50,698 bases of DNA from Rhizaria sp. SCN 62-66 (taxonomy: Eukaryota), in NCBI GenBank assembly GCA_001724265.1, contig MEDY01000063.1:62001-112698 (forward strand), read 5' to 3'. The position numbers and the translations under genes were made by a program. The notes below the pieces were generated by a model, which saw nothing but the letters and a program-made list of their open reading frames with translations, made no database searches and was not told the origin of the DNA. The first letter of the stretch is position 1. Each line of letters starts with the position of its first letter. Shown here one piece after another: positions 40,167-50,698 of this stretch.

Positions 40167-42087
40167 TTAGATGAAGCCGTCGTCATCGAAGACGTTGTCG
40201 TCGAGGGCGTCCTCGAGGGTGGCGAGGTCGAGCTTGTAGCGCATGATGCCGCCGATGCCACCGAAGCCCTTGCAGAACTGGGAGCCTTCCTGGGACTTGT
40301 CGCTCACGAAGGCGATCTTGGCGCCGAACGACTTGTAGTTGTTCGACAGCCACTCGACCATGAGCTCCTGTGTAGTCGCGATGGTGCGCAAAAGCAGAAA
40401 ATGAGACATATAAATGAGGTGAGTTAGATTCACGTAAAGGATTTGTTGTTGTTGAAAATATCATTGTTGACATTGAATACACTCGAGAGTAATTTAAGCA
40501 CGACTAATACACATTTTGGCTCGTTTTAGGACATACCTGGTCGACGAGGTCGAGGGCGACGTCGTCGGCGGTCTTGAAGAACGAGGGGTCGCGGGTCTCC
40601 TCCTCGTTGTCGACGATCTTGATGACCGTAGCGCCGGTCTCCTTGTTGCGGAGCTCGAAGCGGATCATCTCGAGCGCCTCCCAGACGATGATGGTGTCGA
40701 CGGCCGAGGCCTCGAGCGCGTTGAGCGTGTCCTTCCAGCCGAAGCAGTAGAGACCAGTGTCGCGGGAAATCTCACTGAAGAAGTTCGTCAGCAGGGTCTT
40801 CTCGCGCATGAACTTGACGTCGCGGAGGGAGTCCGCAGCCATGTCGATGGCCTGTGGGGAAAGGGTTCGGAAGCGAGAGATGTGTGAGTAACAGTTGCGA
40901 AATACGATATAACACAAGATGAACACATACAATACATTAACCAATAAATACTACGACAAGATAATTGCAAAGGGATTGTGCGTACCTGAGCGAAGCCGTT
41001 CTCGCCGCCGTATGAGATATCGACGATGTTGAGGATGATGTTCTGCAGACGGGGGTCGAAGGTATTAGCCTCGGCGAGCTGGGCCTTGAAGTCGGCGGAA
41101 CCGGCGAGAATGAGGCCGGCGACGTTGGGCATGTTGTTGGTGATGAAGATCTGCGTGGTGAGCTCGGCGACCTGCGTGATGTAGTTCTGGCGCTTCTCCT
41201 TGCGGATACGCGCGAAACGGGGCGCGGACTGACCACCACGGCCGTGCTTCTTGGGCAGGTCGACGGAGATCTTCTTGAGCACGACGCGCGCGTTGCCGGC
41301 GAGCGTGCCCCAGAGAGTGCCGGAACCGTCCATGATGATGAAGCCGTACTTCTCGTCGTCCTCGAGCAGGCCGCGGAGCGCCTCGGTGTGGAACTGGTTG
41401 TCGCACATGTACATGGACGTGTTGATGGGCTTGAAGGGCTCGACGTCGATCGAGACCTTTTTCTACTTGCCGTCGGAGTTGAGCACTTCACCGCAGTACA
41501 GGATGAGGCCGTTGTTGGGGATGCGGGGGAAGAGCTTGAGGCGCTGCTGGACGGACGTGATGGCGGACAGCACGGAGAGGCGGTTCACGCGGGACTTGAT
41601 GTTGGAGGCCTTGGAGTACTCTTCCGTGAGCATGGTGGAGATGCGCGAAACCTGTTCCTTGGGGGGAACGACCAGGGAGATAACGGACGAACCATTGCTG
41701 TAAAGTCGCGCAAGGAAAACAAGAGTACGGGAGCGAAGGCGGACGAGATCACGGGCGCAGAGTGAAAAGCGGGAAGTGTAGGGAGGAAGTTTGGTTGGGG
41801 TGGACAGGGGATGGAAAATTAGAAGGGAAGAACGCACAAAAACAGAGTGCGGGGAGAAATACAAGGAATAATAAAGTGAGTTCTACTGCGCAATGTATGT
41901 TACATAGCCGATTGGCGGGTGATACGAAGCACAGGAAAGGCGCAAAGCGCGGCACGAGAGAGGTTGAAGGGCAAGGAGAGAAGACGGACCCGCGCGCAGC
42001 CTCGAGGTTGCGAATAAGCTTCTTGAGCTTCCATTGCTCAATAGCGAGCTCCTCAGGATCGAGGTTATGAGGCTTCTTAACGGACAT
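40167..42087 (-). CDS. ETF1: Eukaryotic peptide chain release factor 1 (eRF1), 441 codons, with in-frame TAG at codon 111; exons 42087-41990, 41697-40986, 40851-40537, 40367-40167
   Basis: [75 protein letters not shown] (GGQ), [10 protein letters not shown] and [16 protein letters not shown]. Three GT-AG introns join in frame. Ends TAA. Confidence 0.97.
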
Positions 42088-42203
42088 GTTCGGACTAAAC
42101 ACAAACTACCGGGTTGAGCGAAGGATTACACCAAAAATGACGTGTTGCGAAACCCCCAATGGGCCGCGCCGACCCGGCCCACACACAAAAAACACACGCG
42201 GAT

Positions 42204-42216
42204 TTTTTTGCGAACC
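42204..42216 (+). promoter_or_regulatory. Candidate promoter motif TTTTTTGCGAACC (between divergent eRF1 and PRR11-like)
   Basis: 12/13 match to the motif at 1596-1608. Confidence 0.4.
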
Positions 42217-42602
42217 AGTCTCGTTGCTGGCTGGTTCTCAACAACGGATAGATTCGCCATTATTTTAAAAGCGTATCAATCTCTGTATACACAACGCCCA
42301 AATGTGGATATAACGAGTGAACAGGAAGATTATGCAATGTTATGTTTGGGTTGCATAATAACTTTTCTTTTCTTGCCGCAAAGAGGACGAACAATGAGCT
42401 TGAATGAAACATCCAAACGAGAGCCTCTTGCATGCTCACAGTTCCTTCCATTCCCCAGCCATTTTCAAGGCTGAACCAATATATTTCTAAGTATAGACTC
42501 ACCACACAAAACAAACAACTACATCACACTTCAACACTCTTTCACAATTTGCGATATGGCTTTTGCACCCCGAATATCTTGTTTCGCAGACTCAACGGCT
42601 CG

Positions 42603-44711
42603 ATGGTTCGCCACCGTGTCGGCATGAGCACGTCCCGCCGCGCCTCCCTGCCGGCCGACCCTTCCTACATCCACGAGATCCTCGCCACGCGCGCGCCTAG
42701 GACGTCTCTTGCGCCCGTCGGCGAGAACAAGAGCAACCGCTTTGCCGTGCTTTCCCGCTCGCCCAATGGCAACAACAGCCGCGATGGCCTTGGTTCTCCC
42801 CTGTCCCCCTCACGTGCTCATAACAACGGCGGCCGCAGCCACAAGCGCAACCTCGCCTCTGGCACCACCTCCGTGCGCGGCAAGGAGCTGTTTCTCTCCC
42901 TCCGCAAGCGTTACACCGACAACACTCACGCCAACGGGAGCAGCGGCAACAACGCCAATGCTGACTCAATCGCTGAGAACGACGAGTTCAATGGATCGAT
43001 CCCTGCCACCTTCGAAGACGCCGTCGCCACCACGACGTCCCCCGCTAAGCCTAACAACAGCGCGCGCCGCCTGAGCACCGCGTCGTCTGCCACCACGCCC
43101 ACCTCGTCCCCTTCACTCTCTCCTTCCAACACCACGCACACCAACCATAACAACAACAGCAGCGTTCACAACAACGCAGGCATCAGCACCCGCCCGCGCA
43201 CCGAGCGCGCTCAGCTGAGCACCGCGGCCACTGCGACTGCCCCTGTAATGACGGTGCCCGAGCCCCTCGCCGCGGTTACGGCCCCGCAAACCGGGCTGAT
43301 GCAGCGCCTCTTCAGCCTCGTGCGCTGGCCCTTCACAGTCCTCGGTGACTACCGCACCGGCCGCGCGCTCCGCCTCGCACCCGCCGCCGCGGCGGCGACC
43401 GTGGGCGGCACGGGTTCCGCGGCTCCTGCGGTTGTGGGTTCCGGCGTGGTGACCGCGGACACACACCGCATTCGCCGTCTCCGCTCGCGTGTGACCGCGC
43501 TCGAGACCAAGCTCGAGGAGCTCCAGTCCACCATCGCTAACCTCGCCAGCAACCGCAACGGCAGCGCCGGCTATAGCAGCCACATCCCGCCCGCTCCTGT
43601 GTTTAGCAGCGGCAGCCACATGTCCGGTCCCCCCGCGCCTGTCGGCGTCGGTGCCCCGCCGCCCCCGCCGATGTTCGATTTGTTCGGCGACGATTTCTCG
43701 CTGCCCACGCCTGCGCCCGTAGAGAAGACCTGGAACCTCAACAAGGGCAACAACAACAACAACGCGAGCAAGAGCAGTGCCGCCGCGAAGTCCACCGGCC
43801 CGCTTGTCACTGTCGAGGCACTGCGCAGCATCAAGCTCAAGTCGGCCGCCGAGCGTACAGTCGGCGCTGGCGCTTTCCCCGCCACGCCGAGCAAGTTTGA
43901 GGGCGGGCCGCTGGTCAGTCTCGAGCAGCTGCGCACGGTCAAGCTGCGCAAGGTCCAGCCGCGCACGGCCGCGGGCGCTAACGGCGAAGGCGACTGCGCA
44001 CAGGCACCGCTGACCCCGGCGCAGGAGGCCGCCCGCGCGCGCGCCGCCAAGAGCAGCGGCAGCGTGTTCATCCCTACGCTGCGCGACATCACGGGCGTGA
44101 AGCTGCGCTCGACGGCGATGCTGCGGTCGCCGGGCAAGACCCCACACAAGGCCAAGCTTAAGTCGCCCGAGCAGGCGGCGATGAACCCGATCATGCTGCT
44201 GCGGCGGCGCATGTTGGGCAGCCCGCGCACGCGCGCGACGCTCAAGCAGCGCGAAAGCGAGCATTCAAGCAAGCAGGACGCCGACGAGGACGACTTTGCC
44301 GCTGCGAGCAAGGGCGCTGATGTCATTAACGCGCCTGCAACTGCAACTGCGGCTGCGGCGGCGGCCAGTGAGGGTGGTGAGGCGACTTCTAGTGGGCAGG
44401 CTGCGGCGACTGTGCTCGGATCGCCGTCTGGCTTTGCGACTTCGCATGTGAAGCGTGCTAAGGCGGCGTCGCCTTCTGCTAACAGTATTGCAGACAGTGT
44501 TGTTGTTGCTGATGCCAATGATGAGAACAGCGTTGTTTTCCTGTCCCCTCCTCGTGTTCGCGAGAACTCGAAGACTGCTGCTTTAAGTGCGCAGAGCAAA
44601 CTCTCCGTGAATAGCAACAACGGCAGCGGCAGTGGCCGCAAGAGGGCTGTGTTGGGCGAGGTGACATCGGCGTCAAAGAACATCCGCGCCGTCGACTTCT
44701 CGTTTGCTTGA
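42603..44711 (+). CDS. Proline-rich protein, PRR11-like (coiled coil, polyproline, three 'L..VKLK/R' WH2-like motifs, C-terminal D-box-like motif)
   Basis: Intronless ORF with RLRSRVTALETKLEELQ coiled coil, PPPPPM, repeats LVTVEALRSIKLKS / LVSLEQLRTVKLRKV / PTLRDITGVKLRST, RSPGKTP and RAVLGEVTS. Resemblance to PRR11 is from recall. Start may be 42603 or 42624. Ends TGA. Confidence 0.6.
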   Translation: MVRHRVGMSTSRRASLPADPSYIHEILATRAPRTSLAPVGENKSNRFAVLSRSPNGNNSRDGLGSPLSPSRAHNNGGRSHKRNLASGTTSVRGKELFLSLRKRYTDNTHANGSSGNNANADSIAENDEFNGSIPATFEDAVATTTSPAKPNNSARRLSTASSATTPTSSPSLSPSNTTHTNHNNNSSVHNNAGISTRPRTERAQLSTAATATAPVMTVPEPLAAVTAPQTGLMQRLFSLVRWPFTVLGDYRTGRALRLAPAAAAATVGGTGSAAPAVVGSGVVTADTHRIRRLRSRVTALETKLEELQSTIANLASNRNGSAGYSSHIPPAPVFSSGSHMSGPPAPVGVGAPPPPPMFDLFGDDFSLPTPAPVEKTWNLNKGNNNNNASKSSAAAKSTGPLVTVEALRSIKLKSAAERTVGAGAFPATPSKFEGGPLVSLEQLRTVKLRKVQPRTAAGANGEGDCAQAPLTPAQEAARARAAKSSGSVFIPTLRDITGVKLRSTAMLRSPGKTPHKAKLKSPEQAAMNPIMLLRRRMLGSPRTRATLKQRESEHSSKQDADEDDFAAASKGADVINAPATATAAAAAASEGGEATSSGQAAATVLGSPSGFATSHVKRAKAASPSANSIADSVVVADANDENSVVFLSPPRVRENSKTAALSAQSKLSVNSNNGSGSGRKRAVLGEVTSASKNIRAVDFSFA

Positions 44712-45046
44712 GTCGGCGATCAAGCTTGAGTATAATTGTTCGCGCCTACTTATTGTTTGCCTGCACAAACTCTCAAATATGTTGCACAATTTATCATCAT
44801 TTTTTGGAAGTTTATTTTCAGGGCCCTGTTTTAGCTGGATTTGCACTCTTGACGGCGACTGCATGGTTTGGCACCACGCTACGCTTGCCCGTGAAAGGGG
44901 CAGATAAAACCGCATTTCGAAGGATCATAGTGGTCTTGAAGAATATTAATAATACAGTAAGTGAAACTCTCAAATATGCTTTTATCAGTATCGTATGTTA
45001 CGTTCAGTCGCGATGCAAACTGGCGAGGCAAGATGCGTGTTACTTC

Positions 45047-45160
45047 GTATAGGCTCGATATTTAAGAACTAGATGGAGCTTATTAAGGCTCCATCGAGTT
45101 CTAAAATATCTAGCCTATACTAAGTAGGAGCCTTAATAAGCTTACTGCACGAAGTGCAGT
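45047..45160. repeat. Nested inverted-repeat element: 33-bp hairpin, overlapping 16-bp inverted repeat and a 7-bp GAA-loop hairpin
   Basis: 45047-45079 pairs with 45088-45120 with 3 mismatches. AGCTTATTAAGGCTCC (45077-45092) is the exact reverse complement of GGAGCCTTAATAAGCT (45127-45142). ACTGCAC-GAA-GTGCAGT lies at 45144-45160. Confidence 0.85.
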
Positions 45161-45845
45161 GGCGTAGTGAGAAACACCGGGGGCGACCGAGAAGCGAGGT
45201 GAGAAAAGTGTGTGCTTGAAAGGAACAAATGTTCCGTTGCTCATCATTCAACTTGTCTCCTATTAATACTCGTACTAGGTCTGCTCGCAGACCCCATACC
45301 CGCTTTTCTGACTACCGTAACAATAAAGATAATCTTGTATGAACATTCGATGTGTATACGATAACATAATATAATGATAATTTGCGAAAGTCACAATGTC
45401 ACAGCGGTAACTTTGTTTCACGCAACGATCTATCGAGTTTTTTTTAAATGATTTTTTGGATTAGAGCAAGTTCGCTCATAGGTGAAATCGAGTTGGATAG
45501 CAATGGAACTAAGCTCCTTAAGGTAGATCTTCCTGAAAAAACCACCAAGAGCTCTTTCGAGCATATTATAACAGACACCATTTGATGATGCATATAATCG
45601 CAAAAGAAAGCGTTCTGGATGCGTTATTCTGGCTTTGAAATGAAACAAGTGTTTCCACTGGCTCCAGATCAAGTCAAGGTCCCATTGCCATCCGATTGGA
45701 TTTCACCTATAATACTGGTTACATTTTCCTTGCCTCCATTTACTTTTCCACCATCCACCTTAAGCGACGTCAAAGCAACCAAACGCAAGCTACATGTTCA
45801 GTACCCTGTGTCACAGCGCGTGCAAGCACGAGGCCATTGGCTTTT

Positions 45846-48800
45846 TTACTTCTGCTGCTTGGCCGCGAGGTCCTTGAGCGCCTGCGAAGGCGCGAAGAAC
45901 GCCTTAAGCTGGGGGTTCTTGGCGCCGAACATCTCGCTGTACTTGGTGAGCTTGGCGACGACGTTGGCGTAGCCCTGGGCGCCACCCCAGTGGAGCAGGC
46001 CGCCGCGGTAGGCCGGGAAGCCGTAGCCCATGACGGAGACGACGTCGATGTCGGCCGCAGAGGACGCGAAGCCCTCGGCAAGGGTGCGCGCGCACTGTGG
46101 ACGCAGAGTCGCAAAGGTGACAAAAAGAGAGAGTTGGAGACATAAATGAGTGAGTTCAGAACTAAAACTTCATTAAAATGTTATAGACACGCATGCCAAG
46201 ATGTACAAGTTCACGGGCCAATTCACACTCTCAATCCGTCATTTGTTATCATGATTCGCAGTGATCGACGCACCTCGTTGACGACGGGGTAGAGGCAGAC
46301 CTCGACGATCTCTGCCGGGGTCAGCTTCGAGGTAGCGGGCACGGTGCCGTTGGCCTCGGCGATGACCTCCTTGAGGATGGGGGCAAGTCCCTCGGCGTCG
46401 GGCGCCGCCTTGCGCGGCTGCGGGTAGCGGTAGAAGCCCTGGCCGTTCTTCTGGCCCATGCGGTTCGCCGCCACCATGCGCTGCGAGAGCGAGGTGTTGT
46501 ACACGCGGTCCGGGTAGCCAGCGGTGAAGATGGGCGCGATGTGCACGCCGAGGTCCACGCCGACGCTGTCGTTCATGCGGTAGATGCCCATCGGCATGCC
46601 GAACGCCATCAGCGCCTTGTCCACCGCGTACGGGGACAGGCCACCCTGCGAATTGAGTTAATGAGAAAAACACAAAGGAGAAGAATTGAGAGGAATTGAG
46701 AGGATACATGCATGCGTTCAAAAACAAAAGCACATCATTAATAAAAATAGCGCTACATTCAATCTAAATATAGTACTCCCAGATTGATTGGAGACTATGA
46801 TCAATTATTTTTCACGAAAAAATAAATCTCTACGCGACGTACCTGGAGGAGGGCGGTGCCGGCCATGCCGTAGGGGAAAAAGACACGGTTGGCGACAAAG
46901 CCGACGCAGTTGCCGACGACGACGGGGGTCTTGCCGATGGTCTGCGCGAGCTTGACGCTGGTGGCGATGACCTCGTTGCTGGTGCTCGAGGTGCGCACGA
47001 TCTCGAGCAGGGGCATGATGTGCGCGGGCGAGAAGAAGTGGAGGCCGACGACGCGCTTCTGGGCCTGGGTCTTAGCAGAGACGGCGTCGATGTTGATGGT
47101 GCTGGTGTTGGTGGCGAGGATGCAGGTGGGCGAGCAGACCTTCTCGAGCTCGACGAAGATCTTCTGCTTCAGGGGAATGTCCTGTGATTGTGCGAAACAA
47201 AGAAAATACAAAGCAAAGATGAATTAGAGTTCAAACAAAAACCGGTGCAGGGAATGTCATTGATACTAACATGTTGCACACAAGTTTCATAGTGATATGG
47301 TATCATTAAGGCATCTCACGTTCGAAGTGTGAAGTTTGCAATCAAGTGGGTTTAAGCGAGGTTGCACGTACCTCGATGACGGCCTCGATGACGAGGTCGA
47401 CCTTGTCGAAGTTATCGTAGGTGAGCTGGGGCGTGAGGCCGCGCATGAGGTACTCGACCACCATGGGGTTCATCTTGCGCGCCTTGACCACGGTCTACAG
47501 TGACATCAAACAAAGCACACAAACGGGGATAATAGAGGCACATGATGTGAGGATATGCAAACTAAAGTTAAACCAGGATCAAATAAAGACAAAATCAGCA
47601 TTACGACAAAGAATAACCTCAACACGTTAATATCTTGCGATATAAGAGCTTTGTTTTAGTTCGAGAATGAGTGTGTACCTGAATGTCGTTGAGGATGCGC
47701 TCGACGCCAGCAGCGAGGAACTTCTCGTTGATCTCCTTGAGGATGACGGGGATGTTCTTCATGAGGAAGCAGATGGCGATGCCGGCGCCCATGGTGCCGC
47801 CGCCGAGAATGGCGACCGACTTGACGGGCTTGGCGTCCTTGGGCGACACGCCGGGGATCTTGGCCGTGGCCTTAGAGGCGAGGAAGAAGTGCAGAAGCGC
47901 CTTGGCGGCGGGGCCCTCGACGCAGTCGCAGAAGGCCTCGATCTCGGCCTTGATGCCCGCCTCAGGGCCGTTCAGCAGACCGGCCTCGAGTGCCTTAAGC
48001 GCCAGCAGAGGGTGGGTCAGGTTGGGGCTCTTCTTGGCCAGCTGCAGGCGCGCGCCGCCCACGAGTACGGCGACCTAAGCGTTACATGAAACAATTACAG
48101 AGAGGGTATCAAGATGATTATGAGCATGTGCTGAAACAAAGCTAAGTGATTAAGATATGAAACAATGCGGACTTTGCATATTCAGTGACTACATCTCAAG
48201 TAGTAACGGATCATGTCTCCAAGATATGTTTTTAGTGGTGTAATGCGAAGATATTGGGGACATACCTCCTCCTTGGAGGGGACCTTGCTCTTCTCGGTGA
48301 GCGAGATCTTGCGGGGGACCTTGCCGGCGGCAATAGCGAGCGCGAGCTTGGCCGCGGCGGGGATGAGCTCGTCGGGCTTCTTGACGACGACGTCGACGAG
48401 GCCGGCCTTCGCGGCCTTGGGCGCCGCGAGAGGCTTGGAGGACAGGATGGTGGAGATGGCGTCCTGGGTGCCGATGAGGCGGGCAAGGCGCTGAGTGCCG
48501 CCGAGGCCGGGGATAACACCCAGCTTGAGCTCGGGGAGGCCGAACTTGGCGCTGGCGAGCGCGACGCGCGCGTTGCAGCCCATGGCGAGCTCGCAACCGC
48601 CGCCGAGAGCGTCACCGTTGACGGCCGCGACGAGGGGCTTGGGGCCAGACTCCATGCGGTTAAGCATCTTGTGCGCTGCAGTGATGAACTCGGTCGACGC
48701 GGCGCGGTTGTTGAGCTCGGTGAGGTGCTTGAGGTAGGGGATGTCGGCGCCGGCCATGAACATCTTGCCCGCGCCCGTGAGCACGATGGCCTTGACCTCA

Positions 48801-49012
48801 TCGTTGGCGAGGCAAGCGTCGTAGGCCTTGGAGAGGCCCGCGGCGACGTCGCGCGTGAAGGAGTTCACGGGCGGGTTGTTGATCATGATGAGCGCGACGC
48901 CGTTCTGGACGCCCGCGATGGACACGACCTCGGCCGCGGCCGGGGCGGCGACGAAGTTGGGGGACACACCCTTGAGGAGCACGTCGAGACGAGTCTTGGC
49001 CTTGGAATCCAT
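45846..49012 (-). CDS. Multifunctional fatty-acid beta-oxidation protein (enoyl-CoA hydratase + 3-hydroxyacyl-CoA dehydrogenase; MFP2/AIM1/EHHADH-like); exons 49012-48266, 48074-47679, 47494-47372, 47181-46843, 46645-46274, 46094-45846
   Basis: INNPPVNS, FMAGADI, ALGGGCELAMGC, GLPELKLGVIPGLGGTQRL, VAILGGGTMGAGIA, VIEAVIE, LATNTSTI, GLHFFSPAHIMPLLEIV, GFVANR and GYGFPAYRGG. Five GT-AG introns join in frame. Ends TAA. Confidence 0.95.
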
Positions 49013-49445
49013 TACTAGACGATCTACAGAGAGGAAAAGAATGAGAAGGAACGATAGGATAATGATGTGGGCAATGTTATGGGATTGTTGTAGCAAGAAT
49101 TGTTGTACATAGCGATAAGAAAACGAGTGCGGAGAGAGGGAGCCACCCCTCCGCTGTTTCCTAAAGGTCAACACGTTAGACACGAATTGCGCCTAAAAAA
49201 ACGCACACGGGGGTCGTGTGATAAAACAGAATAGCCCCTACAAGCAAAGTTCTATTCATACCAGCCAATGGAATCTTATCTCCATAGCGCGCCGTGTCGC
49301 TCTGAGTGCATCTTAACGCAACCCCGATGTCACGAAAGAGAGGAGGGTCAGCAGCACCGTCGGCGACGCTGCACCGTCGGAGCGATCCGACCGAGTCAGA
49401 CCGAGCGAGCCAACCACAAACGAAAAATTCATGCAGCGGCTGGGA

Positions 49446-49458
49446 ATTTTTGCGAACC
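49446..49458 (+). promoter_or_regulatory. Candidate promoter motif ATTTTTGCGAACC (between divergent MFP and V-ATPase c)
   Basis: 11/13 match to the motif at 1596-1608. Confidence 0.4.
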
Positions 49459-50123
49459 CCCTCAGGGAAAAAAACGAGGCGAGGCCGATCGACGTCGGGT
49501 GGTTGACGAGTTCATAGAAATTTGTTGATTTGAGAAGCCAAGGCGCGTGAATACTGCATTGTGGCAGTGTAATGTGTTCTTGGTGCAGCTGCGATAATTG
49601 TGTTCTATTCTAGCAGCGTTGTCCGCGCGAATGTGTGCTGGAGAAGGTGTCTTTCTGAACGCCCGAGCGGCGGACGAGGGTGCAAGCTTGCCGGTGTAAG
49701 CGCCCCCTCGCTTCCGTCGACGGCAGCGTGGGATCCACACGCTGCTTTCTTTGCAGAGAGCTACGTGATTCGCGCAATGCACTCTGTGACTTTGCAGCGC
49801 TTCCGCAATCGTTTGTGAAGCGCACGCGACCGCTGACTGCCCGGCCGTCGGCAGGGCCTCCGCACGAAAGTCCACTTTCATCGACACCCTAGGATTTCCA
49901 GTTTGCTGCCTAACAACAACTCTGCTCATCGACCACATTTCTTTTAGCTATTGTGACGCAGTCATGCCATTATTCCTGTTTTAATTTGCACGCACTGCAC
50001 TTTGTCTTGTGTTGGAAAAACGCATTCTACAGATCTGCTCGCACCATTCTCATCCCCCAAGCCTTGCCACCCTTGCCTTGCCCTTTCATCTCGTCTCGCT
50101 TTCCCGTTGCTTAGACTTCGACA

Positions 50124-50698
50124 ATGGCTCTCGCCCCCGTCTTTGCCGCCTTTGCGTGCTCCGAGTCTGCCGCCTTCTTCGGCTTCATCGGCGTTTCTTG
50201 CGCCCTCGTCTTCTCTAGTACGTCTTTTTGTCTCTTCTCTGCTCTGCCCTTCTTAGTCCGACACCCACGTCCTTCATAGTATCGTTTCCAGCACTTCATT
50301 CTTGATATTCATAGCCTCAATTTATTCATTTCAACTCATAACAACATCTTTTGTATCTGTTTTATTCTGTACTTTTTTGCAACTTGCGCGTACTTGCTTC
50401 TACAGACCTCGGCTCTGCTTACGGCACTGCCAAGTCCTCCGTCGGTGTTGCCTCGATGGGTGTCACCAACCCCGATGCCGTCATGAAGAACATCATTCCC
50501 GTCGTCATGGCTGGTATCCTCGGTATCTACGGCCTCATTATTTCCGTCATTATTGTCCAGAACATCTCCGACACCAACTACGCCCTCTACAACGGTTACG
50601 CTCACCTTGCTGCCGGCCTCGCCTGTGGTCTCTCTTCCCTCGCTGCCGGCCTCGCCATTGGTATCATCGGTGACTCCGGTGTCCGCGCCTCCGGCCAG
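50124..50698 (+). CDS. ATP6V0C: V-type H+-ATPase 16 kDa proteolipid subunit c, 5' part (exons 50124-50217, 50406->window end)
   Basis: [97 protein letters not shown] intron at 50218-50405. Confidence 0.96.

Noticed and set aside
41463-41465. Pyrrolysine or selenocysteine insertion as the explanation for the in-frame stops
   Set aside because: Sec uses UGA, Pyl is not known in eukaryotes, and the sites are non-catalytic Glu-like positions.
41456-41491. Micro-intron removing the eRF1 TAG (e.g. GTAG, GTAGAAAAAG, or the 24-nt GTGCTC..TAG)
   Set aside because: The 4- and 10-nt options break the frame. The 24-nt option deletes residues that align to conserved eRF1 sequence and is far shorter and more GC-rich than the ~120-290 nt introns seen here.
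40167-42087. eRF1 as a decayed pseudogene
   Set aside because: There is no other lesion: GGQ, NIKS, splice sites and codon bias are intact. It cannot be fully excluded without seeing paralogs.
45430-45672. AT-rich 80-codon ORF beside the palindromic element as a transposase fragment
   Set aside because: It is short and shows no transposase or Rep/helicase motif that I can recognise.

Overview
Gene-dense, intron-containing nuclear DNA from a flagellated microbial eukaryote (lineage not determinable from this window). Exons are GC-rich, and introns are AT-richer (about 120-290 nt) with mostly GTACGT-type donors. I can support 13 protein genes: BMS1 (partial), a membrane DnaJ protein, an adenylate kinase, a DH-PH-FYVE-SH3 RhoGEF, an RHS/Crinkler-like NTPase, an organellar alanyl-tRNA synthetase, radial spoke protein 9, a LisH-WD40 protein, a ~4,186-aa low-complexity protein with a cNMP-binding-like domain, eRF1, a PRR11-like protein, a multifunctional beta-oxidation enzyme and V-ATPase subunit c (partial). 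The main finding is evidence for a non-standard nuclear genetic code. Five TAG codons can be read as in-frame sense codons, one of them at the conserved Glu of GK-E-KK in eRF1 itself. Every unambiguous gene end is TAA or TGA, and the eRF1 stop-recognition motifs are altered (GTS->GSS, GTASNIKS->SKASNIKS). This suggests UAG is read as sense (best guess Glu) while UAA and UGA remain stops, possibly with eRF1 autoregulation through its own UAG. Secondary findings are splice-acceptor-like sites just upstream of most start codons (possible trans-splicing), a shared 13-nt motif in divergent promoters, and a nested palindromic element.
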